Shown here piece after piece: positions 46,395 to 55,360 of a stretch of 64,000 bases of DNA. Numbering within the stretch: position 1 is the stretch's first letter; the number at the start of each line of letters is the position of its first letter. The translations under genes were made by a program, and so were the position numbers. The stretch spans positions 388,994-452,993 of the forward strand of contig CBDCRK010000032.1 in the NCBI GenBank assembly GCA_965220955.1, read 5' to 3'. The notes below the pieces were generated by a model. That model saw only the letters and a program-made list of their open reading frames with translations, ran no database searches and was not told the DNA's origin. The stretch comes from an uncultured Candidatus Binatia bacterium. Its GTDB lineage: Bacteria; Desulfobacterota; Binatia; Bin18; CBDCRK01.

Positions 46395-47518
46395 AAGATT
46401 CCTCCTTTTTTTCTCTCATCCTCAACTAATGATTTTACCCTAGGAAGCAGGTCTGTGGCTACTCGGCCACACTCTTCAACATGAGGAAACCCAGACAGGA
46501 TAAACTCGTCAATGCCTAAGCGCCAATAGCCCAGCAGCTCTTGGGCCACCTGATCCGGTGTCCCCACAATGGCAGTGCCGCAGTTCACCCTTACTGTGGA
46601 TATGCCATTCCACAAGTGGGGCCCTAAGCGATGGTCTGGGACTACTTGGGCTTGGGCTTGCTGTCCAACCATGGGAGTATGGGCAAAAACAATCTGCCTC
46701 TGGTTTTTGACCAGCTCTTCAGCCTGCGATAACAGCTCATCAGCCGCCTCCCACGCCTCGGCCCCGGTATCTCGCACCACCAAGTGAGTCCGCAGGCCAA
46801 AACAAGGGGTTCGGCCTGATGCTGCAAACTGAGCCCTGGCCCGCTCCAAGTGTTGAGCCATCCTCTCCTGGGGTTCAATCCAGGCCAGATAAACATCTGC
46901 CTGGCGTCCTGCCAGAGCAAGGGCCTGCTCAGAGGCTCCACCGAGATAAAATTTGGGATTATTGCCGGCGGGGCCAGGAGAGCAGATAGCGCCATTTAAC
47001 CGAATATGCCCGCCCTCAAAGATCACCGGCTCTGGGGTTTCCCATAGCTTGCGGCAGGCGGCAATGAACTCTTCCGCAAACGAGTACCGCTGGGCATGCT
47101 TGCTCATTTCTCCCAGTCGCTCAAAATCCCCCTGAATCCCGCCCGGGACCACGTTGATATCTAGCCGTCCACCACTGATCTGGTCCAAAGTGGCGGCCAT
47201 CTGAGCAAAGAGTCCTGGGGAGATAAAACCTGGGCGCACTGCAACCAAAAAGCGAATTCTGCTAGTGACCGTGGCCAGCGCTGTGACCATTGTCCAGGTC
47301 TCTGCCAAGGGCGCTCCCTCTTCAAAAAGACCGTTGGCAAATCTGGTGGGTATCAACAATGAGTAGAAACCGTATTCCTCAGCAGTCTCAACTATTTGCC
47401 GAAGGTATGGAAAGGTAGGCGAACGTTCGGCCCGGTAGGTGCCAATATGGGCGCCATCGCCATCGATGGGAATAAACCAGTCAAACCGTGGCTCTGGACG
47501 CTTTGATAATAATGACAT
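46391..47518 (-). CDS. LLM-class flavin-dependent oxidoreductase (SsuD-like)
   Basis: FDWFIPIDGDGAHIGT, LDQISGGRLDINVV. Its stop overlaps the start of the downstream LLM gene (ATGA). Confidence 0.8.
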   Translation of the reverse strand: MSLLSKRPEPRFDWFIPIDGDGAHIGTYRAERSPTFPYLRQIVETAEEYGFYSLLIPTRFANGLFEEGAPLAETWTMVTALATVTSRIRFLVAVRPGFISPGLFAQMAATLDQISGGRLDINVVPGGIQGDFERLGEMSKHAQRYSFAEEFIAACRKLWETPEPVIFEGGHIRLNGAICSPGPAGNNPKFYLGGASEQALALAGRQADVYLAWIEPQERMAQHLERARAQFAASGRTPCFGLRTHLVVRDTGAEAWEAADELLSQAEELVKNQRQIVFAHTPMVGQQAQAQVVPDHRLGPHLWNGISTVRVNCGTAIVGTPDQVAQELLGYWRLGIDEFILSGFPHVEECGRVATDLLPRVKSLVEDERKKGGIL

Positions 47519-47722
47519 GAGGTCACCTTTTTTCTTGTTGACCGCTGCTTGATAACCGCTCACCATACACAAATCTTGGTGCCGTCCTTGGGTTTCTAAT
47601 CTTACAAAGCTCCTTTGGCAAAAGAAAGCGGCTCCTTAATTCCTCACATTATCTGTCCGCCGTGCTCCCTCAATTGCTGCGGTTGACCTCTTGTTTCCCC
47701 CTTCCTATTATTACTGATCATT

Positions 47723-48145
47723 GTGGAAGAAGCGCTTTTTCGTGAGATTGATCACACGGCCGACCTCGGGATTGAGGTGGAAGGAGACACTGTACAGGAG
47801 CTGTTTCGTCGGGCTGGATTAGCGCTTTTCTCTCTTATGGTAAGCCCGGAGGGAGTGGGGGCCAAGGAAAACAGAGAAGTTTCGATCGAGGCCGAGGGAT
47901 GGGAAGATCTGCTCCACGACTGGCTGAGTCGGCTTCTTTACGTTTTCCTTCTTGATGGGTTTATTGCCCAGACCATAGAGGTGACCGAGATTACTGCGGA
48001 TCGGGTTCAAGCCCGCTTGGTAGGAGAAAAGCTGGACTTTGACCGGCATGACTTTTACACCGAGATTAAAGCGGTAACGTACCATCAACTCAGTGTGACT
48101 TGTAAAGATGGCCTCTGGCAGGCTCGGATCATTTTTGATGTGTAA
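47723..48145 (+). CDS. archease
   Basis: EIDHTADLGIEVEG. The size fits the family. GTG start. Confidence 0.75.
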   Translation: MEEALFREIDHTADLGIEVEGDTVQELFRRAGLALFSLMVSPEGVGAKENREVSIEAEGWEDLLHDWLSRLLYVFLLDGFIAQTIEVTEITADRVQARLVGEKLDFDRHDFYTEIKAVTYHQLSVTCKDGLWQARIIFDV

Positions 48146-48154
48146 GGATAAAAC

Positions 48155-49606
48155 ATGGCCAAAGAAAAAATTGAAGTACATCAGATAGAAGATTATCTCT
48201 GGGAGATACCGAAGAGCGGGGGCATGAGGGTTCCCGGGCGGATCTATGCAAGTACAGAGTTAATGAATGATATTCGTAACGATCCTTGTCTAGAACAGGT
48301 AGCCAATGTGGCCCATATGCCTGGCATTATTGGTTACTCCCTGGCCATGCCCGATATTCACTGGGGATATGGCTTTCCCATTGGTGGGGTTGCCGCTATG
48401 GACGCCGAGGAGGGAGTGATTACACCCGGCGGAATCGGGTTTGACATAAATTGCGGGGTCCGGCTGGCCCGTACCAACCTGCAGTATGAAGATATTAAAG
48501 ATAAGCTTGCTCCTTTGGCTGATGGCCTCTTTAATACCATTCCTTGTGGGGTAGGGTCCCAAGGAGCTATCCCCAAGCTCAGCAAAACCGAGGAAAAAAA
48601 GCTGGTAACCAAGGGTGCGGCCTGGGCCGTGGAACGTGGGTTTGGCCAACCCAGCGATATTGAGCATACCGAAGAAAAAGGGCGGCTTGCCGGTGCCGAC
48701 CCCGAAGCACTAAGCGAAGAGGCGCTGGCGCGTGGTTTAAATCAGGTGGGCACATTAGGATCAGGCAACCACTTTTTGGAGGTTGATCGGGTAGAAGAGA
48801 TTTACCTTCCTGAGGTTGCGGCTACTTTAGGCCTTGAGCTGGGCCAGGTAGTGATCATTGTCCATTCTGGTTCTCGCGGACTAGGGCACCAAACCTGTGA
48901 GAATTATCTCAAAGTTATGAGCAAGGCCATGGAAAAATACCGTATCCAGCTTCCGGACCGCCAGCTGGCTTGTGCTCCTGTTTCTTCGACTGAGGGCAAG
49001 CAGTACCTGGCGGCTATGGCCTGTGCCGCCAACTATGCCTGGGTGAACCGTCAGGTGATGATGGGATTAGCGGAACAGGCGTTCATGCAGGTTCTAGGTA
49101 TCTCATCTCGTGATTTGGGCATGGCGCTGATCTACGATGTCTGCCATAACATTGCCAAGCCAGAAGAGTATGAAGTTGGTGGCCGGAAAAGAAAAGTATG
49201 GGTGCACCGTAAGGGTGCTACCCGGGCGTTTGGCCCAGGCCATCCGGCTATTCCTGAGACTTTACGGCGGTTGGGCCAGCCGGTACTCATCCCCGGCGAT
49301 ATGGGGCGTTACTCCTTTCTCCTGATTGGTACCGAGAAAGCAATGACTGAGACCTTTGGCTCTACCTGTCACGGTGCGGGTCGCGTCATGAGTCGATCTC
49401 AGGCAAAAAAGGCCAGCCGGGGCCTGGATCTGGACAAGGAACTGGCAAAACGTGGGGTAACAGCCCGCTACCGGGGCAAGGGCACATTCGCCGAGGAAAT
49501 GCCCTATGCCTACAAGGATGTAGCCGATGTAGTTGAAGTAGTAGATCAGGCCGGTATTAGTAAGAAGGTGGCCAAGTTTAAGCCAGTGGCAGTCATTAAG
49601 GGATAA
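48155..49606 (+). CDS. rtcB: RNA-splicing ligase RtcB
   Basis: MPDIHWGYGFPIGGVAAMD, GSGNHFLE, HNIA. Lies next to archease. Confidence 0.9.
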   Translation: MAKEKIEVHQIEDYLWEIPKSGGMRVPGRIYASTELMNDIRNDPCLEQVANVAHMPGIIGYSLAMPDIHWGYGFPIGGVAAMDAEEGVITPGGIGFDINCGVRLARTNLQYEDIKDKLAPLADGLFNTIPCGVGSQGAIPKLSKTEEKKLVTKGAAWAVERGFGQPSDIEHTEEKGRLAGADPEALSEEALARGLNQVGTLGSGNHFLEVDRVEEIYLPEVAATLGLELGQVVIIVHSGSRGLGHQTCENYLKVMSKAMEKYRIQLPDRQLACAPVSSTEGKQYLAAMACAANYAWVNRQVMMGLAEQAFMQVLGISSRDLGMALIYDVCHNIAKPEEYEVGGRKRKVWVHRKGATRAFGPGHPAIPETLRRLGQPVLIPGDMGRYSFLLIGTEKAMTETFGSTCHGAGRVMSRSQAKKASRGLDLDKELAKRGVTARYRGKGTFAEEMPYAYKDVADVVEVVDQAGISKKVAKFKPVAVIKG

Positions 49607-49621
49607 GGGCTGAGGTTCGTT

Positions 49622-50371
49622 ATGACAAAGCTTGTTCTTCTAAGGCATGGAGAAAGTACCTGGAATAAAGAGAATCGCTTCACGGGATGGACTGATGTTG
49701 ATTTATCAGAGAAAGGAGTTGAGGAAGCACGCAAAGCAAGCCAGCTTTTAAAAGAGGAGGGATTTGTTTTCGATGTTGCCTTTACCTCTGTACTAAAAAG
49801 AGCCATCAGAACTTTATGGATTGTTTTAGACGAAATGGATTTGATGTGGATACCGGTGCATCGTTCCTGGAAGTTGAACGAAAGGCATTATGGCACCTTG
49901 CAGGGGCTCAATAAGGCTGAGATGGCAGCCCAGTATGGAGAAGAGCAAGTACGCCTATGGCGAAGGAGCTATGATATTCCGCCTTCACCCCTGGATAAAA
50001 CGGATGAAAGATATTCGGGTAAGGATCCAAGGTACAAGGATTTAAGGGAAGGCGAGATACCTTTAACCGAGTGTTTGAAAGATGCTGTGGCAAGGTTTCT
50101 GCCCTACTGGCATCAGATCCTAGCCCCCACTATCAAATCGGGAAAGAGAGTCATCCTTGTTGCGCATCACAATTCTCTCAGGGCTCTGGTTAAATATCTG
50201 GATTATATCCCTGATGATGAAATTATAAATTTAACCATTCCCACAGGGATACCGCTTGTTTATGAACTGGATAGCGATCTAAAGCCCATCCGGCATGACT
50301 ATCTTGGAGAGCCGGAAGAACTCAAAAAAGCCATGCAGGCCGTGGTTAACCAGGGGAAGGCTCAAAAATAG
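49622..50371 (+). CDS. gpmA: 2,3-bisphosphoglycerate-dependent phosphoglycerate mutase
   Basis: [29 protein letters not shown]. Confidence 0.9.
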   Translation: MTKLVLLRHGESTWNKENRFTGWTDVDLSEKGVEEARKASQLLKEEGFVFDVAFTSVLKRAIRTLWIVLDEMDLMWIPVHRSWKLNERHYGTLQGLNKAEMAAQYGEEQVRLWRRSYDIPPSPLDKTDERYSGKDPRYKDLREGEIPLTECLKDAVARFLPYWHQILAPTIKSGKRVILVAHHNSLRALVKYLDYIPDDEIINLTIPTGIPLVYELDSDLKPIRHDYLGEPEELKKAMQAVVNQGKAQK

Positions 50372-50466
50372 GTCATTCGAGTATTTCACTAGCAAAATTC
50401 TTCAATGCGTCTATATCCCGGAAAACTGAAATATGGATCGTTCTACGAGGCTGGATCCTCGCTATG

Positions 50467-51759
50467 TCAACCGGTGTTATCTGCGTTGGGGACAAGGGCT
50501 GCAAGCCGCGGGATTGCCTGAACGGCCATCTGGTAGAACTCAGAATCTGATTCAATGCCAATACTGCAGTATCCCACAGCACAAGCGGCTGCAATAGTAG
50601 AACCTCCTCCCATAAATGGATCCAACACAATGCCCTTTCCCAATGGGAGAGCAGCACGAACGATCTTCCGCATAAAGGCTTGAGGCTTAAGAGAAGGATG
50701 TGGCGCGATCTCTCGCTCAATACCTCGTGTTGGTGCACTTTTAATAACGTCACAAAAAGGTTGCTCTTCCGAGATACGGCGTAAGCCCCCTGTTTTCCAC
50801 TTGTGCAGATTATCTTGCACACGGCCTTCACATGGCTTTCTGAAGAGGCCCCACGGCTCCCAGCAAGATCTGGGCATTACCGTTACGGTGTCAAATTCCT
50901 TATGGGCGTTCTTTGGTCTGTCGCCTCCTCGCAGAGTTTGCACTAAACGGACGATCTCACCACGCTTTTCAAATCCGGCATCGATCAATGCAAAATAGAC
51001 AAGCTGAGAAACAAGAGGATTAGTTGCAATAAATACATGACCCCCAGGTACGAGTACCCGCAATACTTTCGTAGCCCATCGCGTGAAAAAGTCCCTTAGG
51101 GCTGCTTTGTCCTCATCCGTAAGGACTGTAAACCGAGGAAGTGGGCTGCGGGTAGATCCGTCGAAGGTTGGGGGGATACGCCATATACCACCACGCCCAC
51201 GACGTAGCTTCTTCTTCTCTTCAGATGTGTACTCCTTAAGCCCGTAGGGAGGATCAGTAACCATAGCATGGATGCTATTTGATTCACGTTGTTCCATCCA
51301 GTCAAGACAGTCAGCATGCACAACCTTATAAAGGGCCTCTGAATCAGGTATAACCTGTGTCGATCTAGGGGTTATAAAGGTGGACGACGATATCTTCGTG
51401 TGCTGTTCCGTCGGCTTTCCTCCGGCGCCATATTCGCCGAAGGTCTCTCGCAAAACAGCCGGTGCCTCAACTGGATATTGGTATAGGATTTGTCTCACGT
51501 CGGTAGGCAAGTAACCGGCCAGCACATAAAGGGGGCTGGAGTCTATGTTCAAGGCTTTAGTAATTCGCTCGATTATAGCCACAGAAGGTTTGGCCTTGCC
51601 ACTTTCCAACCGCGATAAATACCCTTTTGTCACTTCCAACATTCGGGCGAGGTCCGCAAGGGAGTATTGCCCCTCCAAGCGTTCCGTGCGTAGACGCTGC
51701 CCGAATTCGTGTCCAGGGGGTGAAGTCGATAAAGGTTGTCTTGTTTCTGACTTGCTCAT
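50467..51759 (-). CDS. DNA methyltransferase (beta-class N6A/N4C, motif IV then motif I) with an N-terminal XRE-type HTH domain
   Basis: HTH: SLADLARMLEVTKGYLSRLESGKAKPSVAIIERITKAL. Motif IV MVTDPPYGL. Motif I VLDPFMGGGST. AT-rich. Confidence 0.8.
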   Translation of the reverse strand: MSKSETRQPLSTSPPGHEFGQRLRTERLEGQYSLADLARMLEVTKGYLSRLESGKAKPSVAIIERITKALNIDSSPLYVLAGYLPTDVRQILYQYPVEAPAVLRETFGEYGAGGKPTEQHTKISSSTFITPRSTQVIPDSEALYKVVHADCLDWMEQRESNSIHAMVTDPPYGLKEYTSEEKKKLRRGRGGIWRIPPTFDGSTRSPLPRFTVLTDEDKAALRDFFTRWATKVLRVLVPGGHVFIATNPLVSQLVYFALIDAGFEKRGEIVRLVQTLRGGDRPKNAHKEFDTVTVMPRSCWEPWGLFRKPCEGRVQDNLHKWKTGGLRRISEEQPFCDVIKSAPTRGIEREIAPHPSLKPQAFMRKIVRAALPLGKGIVLDPFMGGGSTIAAACAVGYCSIGIESDSEFYQMAVQAIPRLAALVPNADNTG

Positions 51760-51766
51760 GACAATG

Positions 51767-51795
51767 GATATAGTTTAGTTTACTGAATCGGTCAA
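51767..51795 (-). promoter_or_regulatory. candidate sigma70-like promoter (TTGACC-16 nt-CTATAT), 7 nt upstream of the methyltransferase ATG, implying a near-leaderless transcript
   Basis: Hexamer match by eye only. Confidence 0.2.
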
Positions 51796-52030
51796 CTGCA
51801 TTCTTGAGCACTTTCCAAGAGAGAGCAAACTCCGACTGTGTCATACGCACTTTGAGTAACGCTGCGCGAGTTATATCAATATGTAGATGGGATCAAGTGG
51901 CGGACCTTGGTTGACCTTCAATACCTCCCCTCCTATTATTAACCCCGGTGAAAGAAACACTTTTTTGTGAGGTTGATCATACCACCGGCCTCGTGAGGGC
52001 TAAGAGTTTCTAACAAAGGAGGAGCGCATC

Positions 52031-53230
52031 ATGCCAGGACCGCTTGAGGGAATTACCGTTCTTGACCTTACCCGCCTTGCCCCGGGCCCCTTCTGCACTA
52101 TGATTCTAGGAGACCTGGGTGCAGATATTATCAAAGTTCAGGAGCCGGGTCCGCCTACCGGAAGACGGGCACAGCAAGCCGGAGCCGCGGGTGTTCAGAT
52201 GGCCGGAGCCGGTGGTACTTCGGCCTACAATGCGCTGCACCGTAACAAACGCAGCATTGGCTTAAACCTCAAGGATCCTGAATCGCGTGAGATCTTCTAT
52301 AAACTTGCTCGCAAAGCTGATGTGCTTGTGGAAGAGATGCGACCGGGTGTAGCCAAACGCTTGGGCATTGACTATGACACGTTGAAGGAAATGAACCCTC
52401 GTCTTATCTACTGCGCGGTAACCGGCTATGGACAGACCGGACCGTATGCGTCGCTTGCCGGGCATGACTTAAATTACATTGCCCAGGCCGGGGCTTTGAG
52501 TCTCATTGGGGACAGGGAGGGTAGGCCGGTGGTCCCGCAAAACTTTCTGGCCGACTATGCCGGAGGCGGTATGCACGGGGCCTTGGGAGTCATGTCTGCG
52601 CTTTATGCCAGGGAGAAGACTGGTAAAGGGCAGTTTGTTGATACCGCAATGATGGATGGGGTTATTTATCTGATTGTGCAGTTCCTTTCTGCCTATTTTG
52701 CCTCAGGCGAGATCCCGCAGCGAGGGAACTCGCTTCTGGATGGCGCGGTGCCTCATTTTAACGCTTATGAAACCAAAGACAACAAATATATTACTTTGGG
52801 TTCTCTAGAACCTTGGTTCTATGCCAACCTGTGTCGTGCGGTAGGTCGAGAGGATTTTATTCCGCATGAGTATGACTCTGAAAAACATCCGGAGATCTTT
52901 GCTTTCTTGCGTGAAACTATGAAAACTCGCACAAGGGAAGAATGGTTTGAATACCTTAATCAAACCGACCAGTGTGTGGGCAAGATGCTGACTCTTGACG
53001 AACTTGAGCATGATCCCCAGGTCCAAGCCCGGCAGATGGTGGTCGAGGTTGATGATCCCAAACACGGTAAGATCAAACAGGTAGGCATCGGGCCGAAGCT
53101 CTCGGAAACTCCGGGCTCGGTCCGCCGCCTCGCTCCGCAGTTGGGGGAGCATACGGACGAGGTTTTGGGTGGGCTGGGTTTATCCCAGGACAATATTAAT
53201 CGGCTGCGGGAAAAAGGAGCGGTAAAGTAA
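52031..53230 (+). CDS. CaiB/BaiF family (class III) CoA-transferase
   Basis: GPLEGITVLDLTRLAPGPFCTMILGDLGADIIKVQ. AGGAGCGCATCATG RBS. Confidence 0.85.
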   Translation: MPGPLEGITVLDLTRLAPGPFCTMILGDLGADIIKVQEPGPPTGRRAQQAGAAGVQMAGAGGTSAYNALHRNKRSIGLNLKDPESREIFYKLARKADVLVEEMRPGVAKRLGIDYDTLKEMNPRLIYCAVTGYGQTGPYASLAGHDLNYIAQAGALSLIGDREGRPVVPQNFLADYAGGGMHGALGVMSALYAREKTGKGQFVDTAMMDGVIYLIVQFLSAYFASGEIPQRGNSLLDGAVPHFNAYETKDNKYITLGSLEPWFYANLCRAVGREDFIPHEYDSEKHPEIFAFLRETMKTRTREEWFEYLNQTDQCVGKMLTLDELEHDPQVQARQMVVEVDDPKHGKIKQVGIGPKLSETPGSVRRLAPQLGEHTDEVLGGLGLSQDNINRLREKGAVK

Positions 53231-53242
53231 TAGTTAATAGTG

Positions 53243-53362
53243 AAGAATGAATAATGAAGAGTTAAGAAGTGCAAAACCGGATATTGTTGAACGCAGCTTT
53301 GAATATTCGCTCGGAATTGTTAAACTCTATCTTTTCTCTTAACTCTTAACTTTTCACTGACC
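53243..53362. repeat. AT-rich imperfect hairpin element carrying the motif TCTTAACTCTTAAYTTTYCAACT, which is shared with 55265..55292
   Basis: Arms AGTGAAGAATGAATAATGAAGAGTTAAGAAGTG and CTTTTCTCTTAACTCTTAACTTTTCACT with a 45-nt loop or so. Confidence 0.45.
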
Positions 53363-53370
53363 GGAGGCTG

Positions 53371-54003
53371 ATGCCGAAGCAACGTTCATTTTCCTTTGAT
53401 TTCCATCGGTTGCGGCCCAAGGGCAGGGGACGATCTACTATACTTAAGGGCGCTGCCCTGTTCCTCCTTTTTGTTTTTGCTGTGCAGCTGTTACGTCCAT
53501 ATGGAACATTCGCCCTGCTTCTGGTGGGTGTAGTTATGGGTTGGTGGGGGTTGTCTGCCTACCGACGCAAGAGGCAACGGCAAGAAGAGATTCTTTGCGA
53601 AATCAGAGGAATGGAGGAAGAGGAGTTTACCCGGTATATAGCCGATCTCCTTCAGAGTCAGGGATACCGGGTACAATTTATAGGGGAGGCCGAGGAGCCG
53701 AAGTTTCTTTTGAGGCGCGGCGAAGAGCAACTTGCTTGTTGGCTTAAGCAGAGACAAGTGACAAAAGATATGATCACTGAAATCATAAAAGATACAGCAA
53801 GCCAGGGTCATTCATCTGCCATGGTTATTACTACTGCGTCTTTTACCAGAGGGGCTATGTTGGCAGCACGTCGGCAGCCCTGTGTTTTGATTGATCGAGA
53901 AGGATTAGTAGCCCTCATCTTACAGCACCGGCAGGGTCACCGGGTGTTACCCTTTCGCCGCACGCAGGAGGAAAAGGGAAGAAGCTCGGCAGGTGCAGAT
54001 TAA
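53371..54003 (+). CDS. membrane-anchored restriction-endonuclease-like (Mrr catalytic domain) protein
   Basis: Two N-terminal hydrophobic helices. EEEFTRYIADLLQSQGYRVQFIGEAEEPKFLLRRGEEQLACWLKQRQ matches the Mrr_cat pattern. Confidence 0.6.
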   Translation: MPKQRSFSFDFHRLRPKGRGRSTILKGAALFLLFVFAVQLLRPYGTFALLLVGVVMGWWGLSAYRRKRQRQEEILCEIRGMEEEEFTRYIADLLQSQGYRVQFIGEAEEPKFLLRRGEEQLACWLKQRQVTKDMITEIIKDTASQGHSSAMVITTASFTRGAMLAARRQPCVLIDREGLVALILQHRQGHRVLPFRRTQEEKGRSSAGAD

Positions 54004-54024
54004 AAGAGAGTAGGGGAGAAAGAT

Positions 54025-54558
54025 ATGGGTATTTTGAAGGTATGTCGCTTAGGTCATCCGGTGCTGCGTCAAGTAGCGGCACCGGTTCCAGTGGAAGAAA
54101 TTGCTACATCGGAGATGCAGCGGCTTATTGATGACATGATTGAGACCATGCATGAGTACGACGGGGTCGGGCTGGCTGCTCCACAGGTACATGTTTCCAA
54201 ACAGCTTGCCGTTTTGGAAGTGGCCAAGAATCCGCGTTATCCTGAGATGCCGCTTGTGCCCCTGGCTGTGCTTATTAACCCGCATACAACATTGCTGACT
54301 GAAGAGACGATTGATGGCTGGGAGGGATGCTTGAGCGTCCCTGATCTACGCGGGATAATACCCCGTTATAAAGAAATAAGTGTAGAAGCCTTTGACCGAC
54401 AAGGGAAAAAGATCAACTTTATTGCCAAAGATTTTCATGCCCGGGTGGCCCAACACGAGTGTGATCATCTCCAGGGTAAGGTCTATCTTGATCGCATGCC
54501 TGCTTTTGATACCTTGACCCATCTGGCTGAATGGCAGCGGTACTGGCTGGAGAGTTAA
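54025..54558 (+). CDS. def: peptide deformylase
   Basis: GVGLAAPQ, EGCLSVPD, HECDHLQG. Confidence 0.9.
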   Translation: MGILKVCRLGHPVLRQVAAPVPVEEIATSEMQRLIDDMIETMHEYDGVGLAAPQVHVSKQLAVLEVAKNPRYPEMPLVPLAVLINPHTTLLTEETIDGWEGCLSVPDLRGIIPRYKEISVEAFDRQGKKINFIAKDFHARVAQHECDHLQGKVYLDRMPAFDTLTHLAEWQRYWLES

Positions 54559-55223
54559 GGAAGATAGGGAGGAGCTTGCCCGTAGCACAGCTCGACCATG
54601 AACAAGAGCTGTGGCACAGAGGTGTCCTCTATGTTGCCGGGGTAGATGAGGTAGGGATGGGCTCCCTTGCTGGGCCAGTGGTAGCCGCAGCCGTTATCTT
54701 GCCACCTACAAGCTATCAGCTATCAGCTATCAGCTATCAGCAAACCCCGACCCCCGCCCTTCCCGAGGGGGTACGAGACTCCAAGATGCTTCCCGCGAAA
54801 AGGAGGGAAGGACTGGATGCGGAAATCCGTAGGGCAGCCTTGGGAATTGGTATTGGGATGGTAGAGGTGGAAGAGATTGACCGGATCAATATTTACCAGG
54901 CAGGCCTCAAGGCTATGCGTCTGGCCATAGAGAGTTTGCCGGTGATGCCAGAGCATGTGCTGGTAGATGGGCGGATAATTCCTGAACTTCCCTTTGCCCA
55001 GACACGTTTTATCAAAGGAGATAAAACCGTTTATTCCATTGCTGCTGCTTCGATTGTTGCCAAAGTACACCGCGACAAACTGATGCATGCTCTTGATGCC
55101 CAGTATCCGCAATATGGGTTTGCCCGCCATATGGGCTATGGTACCCGAATACATCGTGAGGCATTGAGCCGCTTTGGTCCCTGTCCTATTCACCGTCGTT
55201 CATTTAGGCTGATCAAAGAGTGA
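54531..55223 (+). CDS. rnhB: ribonuclease HII (start uncertain; the ATG at 54531 overlaps def, and a TTG at 54577 after GGGAGGAG is also possible)
   Basis: GVDEVGMGSLAGPVVAAAVIL, DSKML, AASIVAKVHRD. Contains a loop insertion encoded by a 7-bp microsatellite. Confidence 0.8.
   Translation: MAAVLAGELRKIGRSLPVAQLDHEQELWHRGVLYVAGVDEVGMGSLAGPVVAAAVILPPTSYQLSAISYQQTPTPALPEGVRDSKMLPAKRREGLDAEIRRAALGIGIGMVEVEEIDRINIYQAGLKAMRLAIESLPVMPEHVLVDGRIIPELPFAQTRFIKGDKTVYSIAAASIVAKVHRDKLMHALDAQYPQYGFARHMGYGTRIHREALSRFGPCPIHRRSFRLIKE
54711..54741. repeat. perfect heptanucleotide microsatellite (AGCTATC)x4 plus AGC, inside the rnhB coding sequence
   Basis: Direct reading. Encodes ...PTSYQLSAISYQQTP... Confidence 0.9.
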
Positions 55224-55295
55224 AGAGTTATATCAGTTGAGAAGCTAAAAGTTCCTAACTCTTCATTCTTAACTCTTAATTTTCAACTCCTTTTT
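55224..55295 (+). terminator. hairpin TGAAGAGTTA-(25 nt)-TAACTCTTCA overlapping the rnhB stop, followed by a T-rich tract that contains the second copy of the TCTTAACTCTTAA motif
   Basis: 10-bp perfect stem. Downstream TTCTTAACTCTTAATTTTCAACTCCTTTTT. Confidence 0.4.
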
Positions 55296-55360
55296 ACCCT
55301 ACCACTTTTTCTCGGCTAAGAAAAAAGGCTATACTGGCTAGCCAAAGAGGAGGAGCATGT

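Noticed and set aside
50373-50831. 152-aa ORF that could have been a restriction endonuclease partner of the orphan MTase
   Set aside because: It overlaps the 3' third of the MTase gene on the same strand in another frame, and it is Cys/Leu-rich with no nuclease motifs.
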